A stretch of 64,000 nt of DNA, taken from contig UYFQ01000001.1 in the NCBI GenBank assembly GCA_900617105.1, positions 3,224,001-3,288,000 on the forward strand, given 5' to 3'. This DNA is from Hydrurus foetidus. Its lineage: Eukaryota. Made by a program: the position numbers and the translations under genes. The notes beneath the pieces are model-generated. The model did no database searches and was not told where the DNA came from. It saw nothing but the letters and a program-made list of their open reading frames with translations. Below, one piece after another: positions 52,430 to 59,604 of the stretch. The first letter of the stretch is position 1; each line of letters opens with the position of its first letter.

Positions 52430-52431
52430 AA

Positions 52432-52707
52432 TCAGGTTGCGGTTTTGCCAGCCCGCAGCGTCTTCAAATGCGCTCCAAACTGCTTTGCTGAACTGAAGCT
52501 CACGACGCGCCCAGCTTCAAAATCATCCATCCCCAGCTGCACCGCGCCCAACAAAGCCTTGAGCCGGGTGTCTTCTTGCTTGAGCTTTTCTTCATGCAAA
52601 CGCAAGCTGTCGCGAATGACTTCGCTGACATTGTTATAGCGACCTGTAGCAACCAAGTGCTTGGTGTAGCTTTCAAAATGTGGGGTGAGGGCGACGCTGG
52701 TGGGCAT
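52432..52707 (-). CDS. parD: ParD-family (CC2985-like) antitoxin
   Basis: SVALTPHFE...GRYNNVSEVIRDSLRLHEE. Confidence 0.9.
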   Translation of the reverse strand: MPTSVALTPHFESYTKHLVATGRYNNVSEVIRDSLRLHEEKLKQEDTRLKALLGAVQLGMDDFEAGRVVSFSSAKQFGAHLKTLRAGKTAT

Positions 52708-52764
52708 GTTTTTGGCTCCAATGAAGTGTGGCGTTATTAAACTTTAACATATGCAATCTTGTTC

Positions 52765-52879
52765 GCGCATCAACGGCAAACCCTGGGACAAAACCCCACC
52801 CGCTCCGCGCCTGCCGGGTGACGTGATTGCCAAGACGGCGGCCAAGTATCAGGAATCTTTGACAAGGTTGATGGCCTGA
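52765..52879 (+). pseudogene. Displaced copy of the purC 3' end (copy 3)
   Basis: Reads [37 protein letters not shown]; 99/115 nt identical, ungapped, to purC 50751-50865. Confidence 0.93.
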
Positions 52880-52951
52880 AAAGGCCCGGTTTGGGTTAAA
52901 AAGCCGGATTCACGCCGTTTTTAGGCCGTTTTAGGGTATCAAATCGGCTTC

Positions 52952-52994
52952 TAGCCCAATGAATACGGGCGCAAGCAGCTATTAAATTAGGAGT
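52952..52994 (+). repeat. 43-bp dispersed motif, copy 9 (intergenic)
   Basis: TAGCCCAATGAATACGGGCGCAAGCAGCTATTAAATTAGGAGT. Confidence 0.85.
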
Positions 52995-53279
52995 GCAATT
53001 TAAGACATGCCTGCCGGACTGTGGTGCGACAGCATTAAGGTCTAATGCCAGTTGCGACAGCAAAGGAATAGTTAAAACGTGATTTTTAGTTGAAAATCGC
53101 GGCAAAACTACATAGGTGAGCTGTTGCACGTTCCCGGGTTTGTCGCTGTTTCTATCGAGGCAAGTTATCTAGCAAGAGATTACTCAAGTGCCGTTTTTTT
53201 AGGGGAACGTGCCATGTTATCTTGCAGCACCTTGCGGTGTAAATTTCGTTAGGCAACGCTAATACAGATAGGGAAACTC

Positions 53280-53558
53280 ATGGACGGTGACGAATACATC
53301 AAGGGCAAGACCAAAGAGGAACTTCTGCGCTCCCTATACACGGATTCGCAAGTTGGGAGCAAGGTCTACGAGCAGCAACGCATGGCGCTCGTGGTGAGGT
53401 GCACGGAGGATGTCTCGTCGGCGGTAAATCGGTTTTCTGACTCAAACACCGTGTTATCAAACCGACTACTTTGGTTGAACATCATTCTTGGCATATTCAC
53501 GATCGTGGGTACTGTCCTGACAGTCTGGTCGCTGGTGAAGGTGCCGGGCAGTGCATAA
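53280..53558 (+). CDS. Small hypothetical protein with a C-terminal TM helix (gene cassette 1)
   Basis: 92 aa; preceded by a GTTAGGC core site at 53248; the stop codon lies in the attC inverse core. Confidence 0.7.
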   Translation: MDGDEYIKGKTKEELLRSLYTDSQVGSKVYEQQRMALVVRCTEDVSSAVNRFSDSNTVLSNRLLWLNIILGIFTIVGTVLTVWSLVKVPGSA

Positions 53559-53615
53559 AACGTCGTTCGACGCGGAGACGCACCGGCGCTGCGCCGCCCA
53601 ACTTCGACGTTAGCC
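53553..53615 (+). mobile_element. Integron attC-like recombination site
   Basis: GCATAAA-ACGTC-GTTCGACGCGG...CCGCCCAAC-TTCGAC-GTTAGCC shows the R''/L''/L'/R' layout over 63 bp; R'' is degenerate. Confidence 0.75.
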
Positions 53616-53630
53616 CAACTGTTTAGTCGC

Positions 53631-54278
53631 GTGAACGAGTTCAAACTAAAGCCGTGGAATCGCGGCATCACTGACCTAGAACTACTCGACGACTTGCGGC
53701 GAGTGGCGCAGGAACTTGGGAAGACTACTCTTCAATACGACGAGTACCCACGCTACGGTCGGTGTGCCTCTCGCATCTTCGAGACGCGCTTCGGTTCTTG
53801 GAATGAAGCGTTGCGCGCTGCGGGGCTTGAAATTGGAAGACGACAAGATATCTCCGACCTGGAATTGTTTGAGAATATGGAGCGCGTCTGGGCTCTCATT
53901 GGGCGCCAGCCGCGTCGGGATGAAATGAAAAGGCCTACCTCGGCCTTTTCAAAGGGTACGTATGAAAGGCGGTTCGGTGGCTGGAGGCAAGCCCTTGAAA
54001 AGTTCGTCGCTTTCGCCAACGGCAGCCTAACGGTTCCTGCATTACGCTCGACCGCTTCGCCAGCTATCTCAGCCCGGTTCCCAGACTTGAGAATGCGATG
54101 GCGAGTGCTCAACCGTGACTCCTTTCGTTGCCGCTCCTGCGGCAAAAGTCCAGCTTTGGAGTTCGGAGTCATCTTGCATGTTGATCACATCCACCCGTGG
54201 AGCAAGGGTGGCCTGACGAATGACGAAAACCTCCAGACGCTCTGCCATCGATGCAACCTCGGCAAGAGCGATGGATAA
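53631..54278 (+). CDS. HNH endonuclease with N-terminal homing-endonuclease-associated repeats (gene cassette 2)
   Basis: Repeats ETRFGSWNEAL and ERRFGGWRQAL; CRSC...HVDHIHPWSKGG...NLQTLCHRCN. Confidence 0.88.
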   Translation: MNEFKLKPWNRGITDLELLDDLRRVAQELGKTTLQYDEYPRYGRCASRIFETRFGSWNEALRAAGLEIGRRQDISDLELFENMERVWALIGRQPRRDEMKRPTSAFSKGTYERRFGGWRQALEKFVAFANGSLTVPALRSTASPAISARFPDLRMRWRVLNRDSFRCRSCGKSPALEFGVILHVDHIHPWSKGGLTNDENLQTLCHRCNLGKSDG

Positions 54279-54325
54279 CATGTCAATCGACACGGCCCCA
54301 CAACAGCAAGAGGCGGCTTCACGGT
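54273..54325 (+). mobile_element. Truncated attC (left half only)
   Basis: GGATAAC (1 mismatch to the complement of GTTAGCC) overlaps the stop, followed by ATGTCAATCGACACGG...; no right arm or GTTRRRY follows. Confidence 0.55.
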
Positions 54326-54411
54326 AAACCGCTCGATGAAACCAACTCTGCGCAAAGGTCGGTTCGTCAAGGTATCTACACTTCGCTTCCCCAACACTTC
54401 AAGAGGCAACC

Positions 54412-54513
54412 ATGTCAGCAGGCGATTGGAAAGATCTTTACCAGGCAGCAGTCGATGGCAACCTGTCGCTGGTGGAATATCACATCAGAGAAAAGGTGAA
54501 CCCGAACTACTGA
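54412..54513 (+). pseudogene. Truncated ankyrin-repeat protein N-terminus
   Basis: GAGG RBS, then MSAGDWKDLYQAAVDGNLSLVEYHIREKVNPNY*, which resembles one ankyrin repeat. Confidence 0.55.
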
Positions 54514-54551
54514 GGGACGCTCTGCATAACTCCCTGCGATCTGTGATCAGC

Positions 54552-54639
54552 CGGGCTCGTGCGGTCTGCTGCGTTGTTTTTCTTGCCAATAGCCCTGCTA
54601 TTGGCTGCAAAAACCGCCTTGCAGCCCATCCCGATCCGA
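54552..54639. repeat. Hairpin repeat element (CAAGGCG...CAACGCAG ERIC-like core on the minus strand)
   Basis: Perfect inner stem GCCAATAGC-cct-GCTATTGGC at 54585-54605, flanked by CTGCTGCGTTG and CGCCTTGCAG. Confidence 0.55.
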
Positions 54640-54675
54640 CGAACAATTGGGGTCCGAACAATTGGGGTCAGACTC

Positions 54676-56133
54676 CAATACTGTTCAGTTAGAAGTATTT
54701 TTAACTCGAATGACAGTTTGAATCAGCACATTCAAGGGCTCATCGCCTTTTCTCGAAGGATAGTAGCTGGTTCGTCTTTTGACCACCCTCGGGTTTCTTT
54801 TGCCTCGTGAACTGACAGATTTGGCGCGGGCTACGCAGTTGATCACCTCTGCATACCAAATTGCATAGCGCTCAGGGGGGAACAGCCCCAGCATGGGGCA
54901 GCTTGCAGCGCACGATTTGAAGACTCTTTTTAAACGACAGCTCATCGGGATCAATGTCCTTTTGCAGCGCCGCCTCATGCATCAAGCGGCGCACCGCAAA
55001 GTGCGCCAGCCACAACCCATAGAACTCTTGCCTGACCAAGTCGGGCGTCTTGCTGCGCAGCACCACCCTTGCACCCCGCAGATGAGTCTTCATCTCTTTA
55101 AGCGTCGTTTCAATCTCCCAGCGCTCGTGATACACCTGTGCAAGCTCGTGCGCAGTTGCAACTTCAGGATCTAGCAAACTTGTCACCAGCCTGTACAGCG
55201 GCTCGGCCTGGGGGTCGCCATCAATGAAGTACTCGACCACTCTGACAGGCAAGCTTTGCAAGGTGGTGTCTTTGTTGCCGCGGCTTGGATTTAAGTGCGA
55301 CAGGAATGAGCCATCAGGCAGCGCGTGATCCACTGGCAGTATGTTGTTCTTTTTGGCGCGCCACAGCAACTGAGCGCCTGTCTGGCGTGCTTTTGCCCAT
55401 GCTTTGTAGCCCAGAAAGTACCGGTCGGCTAGCAGCAGCATGTCGGGCTTTAGTTTGGGCAATAGCTTGTCAAATAAGGTGATCTCGCTGTCGGTATACG
55501 CGCCATGGGCTAATGCGAACATGACGTGCGTGCCGCCCTCTACCAATCCAGCAAAGCGCAGTTGCGCATAGCCTGCGACACCGACATTAGCGGTCGGGCC
55601 GCCAAAGGCCTCAATGTTGGCGCTTTCGTGGGCTAAGTCCAGTGTGCTGCCATCGACGCTGACCAGGCGCATTCCTTTGAACCAGGCACCCTTCGTGTGC
55701 GGCTGGGCTATCGGCATCAAGCACTCATTGGCCAGGCGCTCCATAACTTGCCAGCTCAGGCGGCTGCGCGCCTGGGACAGGGCTGATTTGGTGATTTCGC
55801 GCTTGATGGGTGAGCCTAGAAAGCTCATTGCTTCAAGGGTCAAACGCAGCACTTCTTCGTAAGCCACGCCCATGTAAAGCCCGAGAGCCAAGACGTAGTA
55901 AACAACGCCATGGGCGGGCAAGTCACGCTGTCTTTGGGACTGCCTGCCAGTGTCTTGAAGTATTTGGTGAATCTTGGCCAGCGGGCAGACCTGAGCCAGC
56001 AGGCCGACGCTTAAGTAGTCTGCGATTCGTGTGCCCGTGGGTAGCACTGCTTTGGTTCTTGCCATGAAGCCTCCAGTTGGTGATGCAACTGGAATACAAG
56101 TTTACTTCAAATTTTACTAACTGAACAGTATTG
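54676..56133 (-). mobile_element. Complete IS4-family insertion sequence (1458 bp)
   Basis: Perfect 17-bp terminal inverted repeats CAATACTGTTCAGTTAG; 10-bp target duplication GGTCAGACTC at 54666-54675 and 56134-56143. Confidence 0.95.
54872..56065 (-). CDS. IS4-family DDE transposase (possible +1 frameshift extension to 54685)
   Basis: VDGST, LADRYF and YHERWEIETTLKEMK (YREK motif). Confidence 0.95.
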   Translation of the reverse strand: MARTKAVLPTGTRIADYLSVGLLAQVCPLAKIHQILQDTGRQSQRQRDLPAHGVVYYVLALGLYMGVAYEEVLRLTLEAMSFLGSPIKREITKSALSQARSRLSWQVMERLANECLMPIAQPHTKGAWFKGMRLVSVDGSTLDLAHESANIEAFGGPTANVGVAGYAQLRFAGLVEGGTHVMFALAHGAYTDSEITLFDKLLPKLKPDMLLLADRYFLGYKAWAKARQTGAQLLWRAKKNNILPVDHALPDGSFLSHLNPSRGNKDTTLQSLPVRVVEYFIDGDPQAEPLYRLVTSLLDPEVATAHELAQVYHERWEIETTLKEMKTHLRGARVVLRSKTPDLVRQEFYGLWLAHFAVRRLMHEAALQKDIDPDELSFKKSLQIVRCKLPHAGAVPP

Positions 56134-56189
56134 GGTCAGACTCCAATTAAATTCAATTTAGTGCCGTTTTCCGGCCTTAAATATGCCGG

Positions 56190-56232
56190 TGGCCCAATAA
56201 ATACGGGCGCGAGCAGCTCCTATATAAATAGC
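56190..56232 (+). repeat. 43-bp dispersed motif, copy 10 (intergenic)
   Basis: TGGCCCAATAAATACGGGCGCGAGCAGCTCCTATATAAATAGC. Confidence 0.85.
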
Positions 56233-56254
56233 ACTTTGCAATCCCAAACAACCT

Positions 56255-56857
56255 TCAGCCTGGTGACCCCATCGCCCCAAACGGCGAAACGCCGATCAAC
56301 ATGCGGTGCAGCCAGAACGCAAACACTGCCCACGCTGCAACGCCAACCAGCACGGTGATTGCCGTTGCGCTTGCCTCGCCCGCCGCGTAAACAGTTTGCT
56401 CGCGCCTGTCACGCCTGCGTGATGCGGCAAACAACAAAACCGACCACAACAAAAAGCTGCCGAACAGCACCGTGTCGGCCAGTGACCCATTGGCCAGCAG
56501 GTGCGCCAGCGCCCAGACTTTGGTGCCCAGCACCATGGGGTGGTGCAGCTTGGCTTTGATCTGGTTGCCTGGCACGTACGCAGCTGTCAGCAACACAAAC
56601 GACACCAGCGTGAGTAGCGCGGCCAGGTGGCGCATGGCAACGGGTGGGTTCCACAACATCACGCCTTGCTGGCGTGCCTGGCCATAGCCCCACACCAGCA
56701 GCACAAAGCCTGCCAGCGACAGCAGTGCGTAAATGCCTTTGAATGGTTTTTCGCCGATGCGGGCCAGCGTTTTATTGCGCCAGTCGTTGGCGAACACGCG
56801 GGTGGAATGCACGCCTAAAAACAGCAGCAAACCAGCTACTAGATAAGTCAAACCCAT
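56255..56857 (-). CDS. nnrU: NnrU family membrane protein
   Basis: LFLGVHS and HPMVLGTKVWALAHLLANG. Confidence 0.88.
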   Translation of the reverse strand: MGLTYLVAGLLLFLGVHSTRVFANDWRNKTLARIGEKPFKGIYALLSLAGFVLLVWGYGQARQQGVMLWNPPVAMRHLAALLTLVSFVLLTAAYVPGNQIKAKLHHPMVLGTKVWALAHLLANGSLADTVLFGSFLLWSVLLFAASRRRDRREQTVYAAGEASATAITVLVGVAAWAVFAFWLHRMLIGVSPFGAMGSPG

Positions 56858-56888
56858 GATGAATTTCTGACGCGGATTGGTTTAAAAA

Positions 56889-57779
56889 TCAGCTCAAAAT
56901 CACGCTGCTCAAGCGCCTGCGGTACGTGGCTACAACCGGGTCATCAGGCGGAATTTGCCCGTCGGCTACTTTGGGTTTGGGCGCTTCCATGATGTCGAGG
57001 ATGGCGATATAGGTTTTGCGGGCTTTGTCCTCAGCCCAGGTTTTGTCGCGCATCAAAATGTCCAGCAGCTCGTCAAGCGCGGCTGTCCATTGCTGGTGTG
57101 CCATGTGCCAGCGGGCTTTGTCAAACCGGGCGTCAAAATCACGCTTGTTTAGCGCTATTTTTGCATCAAATTCGGCTGTAGCCGAATTAATATGGGCGCG
57201 AGCAGCTGCAAAATCAATAGCATCCATCATGCGTTTGAGCGAGTCAAAGCGGCGTACCACTGTAGTTTGGGCAATGACCGGGGCAAACGCGACCTTGGCT
57301 GCGTCCGTGTCGTCGCCTAGCAGCAGCGCCTTGACCAGCTCAAATCGGGCTGTCTCGTTCGTGGGGTTGGCGGCTACGTTGGCTTTGAGCTGCTCAAGGG
57401 CCAACTCAGGCGTAATTTCTTCAAGTGCCAGCTCTTCTTCAGGCAGCTCCTCCGCAGGTGGCAGGTGCTTGTCTAAAAACTCTTTGACCTTGCCTTCAGG
57501 CAACGCCCCTTGAAAGCCATCGACCGGCTGGCCATTGATCATCAAAATGCAGGTTGGAATGCTTTTGATGCCAAACGCCGCGCCCAGTTGCTGCTCTTGA
57601 TCAGAGTCGATTTTGACGAGCTTGAAGCGGCCTTGGTATGCAACTTCTACCTTCTCCAAAATCGGCCCGAGTGACTTGCACGGCCCGCACCACGGCGCCC
57701 AAAAGTCGATCAGCACTGGCGTGGTCATTGACGCGGCAATGACTTCTTCTTCAAAATTGGCTACGGTCACATCCATCAT
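56889..57779 (-). CDS. Thioredoxin-TPR co-chaperone (YbbN/CnoX family)
   Basis: DFWAPWCGPCK, a helical C-terminal region and the terminus YRRRLSSVILS. Confidence 0.9.
   Translation of the reverse strand: MMDVTVANFEEEVIAASMTTPVLIDFWAPWCGPCKSLGPILEKVEVAYQGRFKLVKIDSDQEQQLGAAFGIKSIPTCILMINGQPVDGFQGALPEGKVKEFLDKHLPPAEELPEEELALEEITPELALEQLKANVAANPTNETARFELVKALLLGDDTDAAKVAFAPVIAQTTVVRRFDSLKRMMDAIDFAAARAHINSATAEFDAKIALNKRDFDARFDKARWHMAHQQWTAALDELLDILMRDKTWAEDKARKTYIAILDIMEAPKPKVADGQIPPDDPVVATYRRRLSSVILS
57179..57221 (+). repeat. 43-bp dispersed motif, copy 11 (inside the YbbN/CnoX gene)
   Basis: TAGCCGAATTAATATGGGCGCGAGCAGCTGCAAAATCAATAGC; the minus strand encodes AIDFAAARAHINSA. Confidence 0.8.
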
Positions 57780-57870
57780 GGTGGTTCTGCTTTAAGAATT
57801 ACAACAGCCAGAAGGTTAGCACGCCGCCCGTAAAATACAGCTTCCTTTAACGGCCAATGCACCACACCAC

Positions 57871-58392
57871 ATGACCACAACTCTTGACTCCAAACAGCCG
57901 CTCGTAGGTGTCGTCATGGGCTCGTCCAGCGACTGGGACACGATGCAGCACGCCGTGCAAATATTGCAGCAGTTTGGCGTGCCGCATGAGGCGCGCGTGA
58001 TTTCAGCCCACCGCATGCCCGATGATTTGTTTGCCTATGCCGACCAAGCGCAGGGCAACGGTTTGCAGGCGATCATTGCGGGCGCGGGCGGCGCAGCGCA
58101 TTTGCCGGGCATGCTGGCCAGCAAAACCACAGTGCCGATATTAGGAGTTCCAGTCCCCAGCAAACACTTGGCGGGCGTTGATTCACTTCACAGCATTGTG
58201 CAAATGCCCAAGGGCGTGCCCGTGGCCACGTTTGCCATTGGCAACGCGGGCGCAGCCAATGCGGCGCTGTTTGCAGTGGCCATGCTGGCGCTGCATGACA
58301 AGGCGCTGAATGACAAGTTGCAAGCCTTCAGGGCTGAGCAAACCGCCGCGGCGCGGGCGATGACCCTGCCGCCAAAGCCTGCTTCAGCATGA
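57871..58392 (+). CDS. purE: N5-CAIR mutase
   Basis: MGSSSDW, SAHRMP, AGAGGAAHLPG and QMPKGVPVAT. Confidence 0.98.
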   Translation: MTTTLDSKQPLVGVVMGSSSDWDTMQHAVQILQQFGVPHEARVISAHRMPDDLFAYADQAQGNGLQAIIAGAGGAAHLPGMLASKTTVPILGVPVPSKHLAGVDSLHSIVQMPKGVPVATFAIGNAGAANAALFAVAMLALHDKALNDKLQAFRAEQTAAARAMTLPPKPASA

Positions 58393-59600
58393 AACCAGTT
58401 TTCCCCGGAACTCAATCAGCAGATGGTCGTGCAGCAACGCTCGGTGTGATGGGCGGCGGCCAATTGGGCCGCATGTTCGTGCACGCGGCGCAGCGCTTGG
58501 GTTATGAAACGGTTGTGCTCGACCCTGATTCGCAAAGCCCGGCTGGCATGGTCAGTCACCAGCAGGTTCAAACGCCTTACAACGATGCGGCGGGCTTGCA
58601 GCAGCTGGCCAGTCTGTGCGACGCCGTCACCACTGAATTTGAAAACGTGCCAGCAGAAGCCCTGCGCACGCTGGCCGCCACATTGCCCGTTGCGCCGAGC
58701 GCAGCCTGCGTGGCGATGGCGCAAAACCGCGTGCAGGAAAAAGAGCAGCTCATGTCCTGCGCCAGCCTATCTGGGGTGAGTGTTGCGCCGTACGCGGTGA
58801 TTGAAACCCTGGCGCAACTGCAAGCCGTACCGGCCATCTTATTGCCCGGCATTTTGAAAACCGCCCGCATGGGCTATGACGGCAAAGGCCAGGCACGCGT
58901 AAAAAACGCGGCTGAGCTGGCGGCGGCTTGGGCCGACTTGAAAAGCGTGCCCTGCGTACTTGAAAAGCTGATGCCGCTACGCGCTGAATGCTCAGTTATT
59001 GTGGCGCGCGGCTGGGACGGCAGCGTGGTCAGCTTTGCGCCACAGCGCAATGTGCATGTTGACGGGATACTGGCTGTGACCCATGCTTATGAGTCAAATC
59101 TGCCTGTAGCCCAATCCAATCGGGCGCAAGCAGCTACTGAATCAATAGCAAATCACATCAACTACGTGGGTGTGCTGTGTGTGGAGTTTTTCATCGTCGA
59201 TGACGGCACCGAACATGGCGGCTTGGTCGTCAATGAAATGGCGCCGCGCCCGCACAACAGCGGCCACTACACGATGGACGCTTGCGATGTGTCGCAGTTT
59301 GACTTGCAGGTGCATGCCTTGGCTGGCTTGCCACTGCCTGAACCACGCCAGCATTCGTCTGCCATCATGCTGAACTTGTTGGGCGATGTGTGGTTTGACT
59401 TGAGTGGCAAACCGCGCACGCCAGACTGGGCCGCCGTGCTGGCCCTGCCCGGTGCGCATTTGCATTTGTACGGCAAGCAGGGCGCGCGCCGCGGTCGCAA
59501 GATGGGGCACTTGACCATTACTGGGGCAAATGTTGCGGGCGTAAAAGCAGTTGCACGCCAAGCCGCAGATATTCTGGGTTTGCTGGGGTTGGACGCGTGA
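58389..59600 (+). CDS. purK: N5-CAIR synthase
   Basis: GGGQLGRM, GYDGKGQ, NEMAPRPHNSGH and YGK...RKMGH. Confidence 0.97.
   Translation: MKPVFPGTQSADGRAATLGVMGGGQLGRMFVHAAQRLGYETVVLDPDSQSPAGMVSHQQVQTPYNDAAGLQQLASLCDAVTTEFENVPAEALRTLAATLPVAPSAACVAMAQNRVQEKEQLMSCASLSGVSVAPYAVIETLAQLQAVPAILLPGILKTARMGYDGKGQARVKNAAELAAAWADLKSVPCVLEKLMPLRAECSVIVARGWDGSVVSFAPQRNVHVDGILAVTHAYESNLPVAQSNRAQAATESIANHINYVGVLCVEFFIVDDGTEHGGLVVNEMAPRPHNSGHYTMDACDVSQFDLQVHALAGLPLPEPRQHSSAIMLNLLGDVWFDLSGKPRTPDWAAVLALPGAHLHLYGKQGARRGRKMGHLTITGANVAGVKAVARQAADILGLLGLDA
59107..59149 (+). repeat. 43-bp dispersed motif, copy 12 (inside purK)
   Basis: TAGCCCAATCCAATCGGGCGCAAGCAGCTACTGAATCAATAGC; encodes AQSNRAQAATESIA. Confidence 0.85.
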
Positions 59601-59604
59601 AAAC

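Noticed and set aside
52896..53129. 77-aa minus-strand ORF containing IAACARIHWARS
   Set aside because: It is a translation of 43-bp motif copy 9 plus flanking non-coding DNA, with no RBS or domain.
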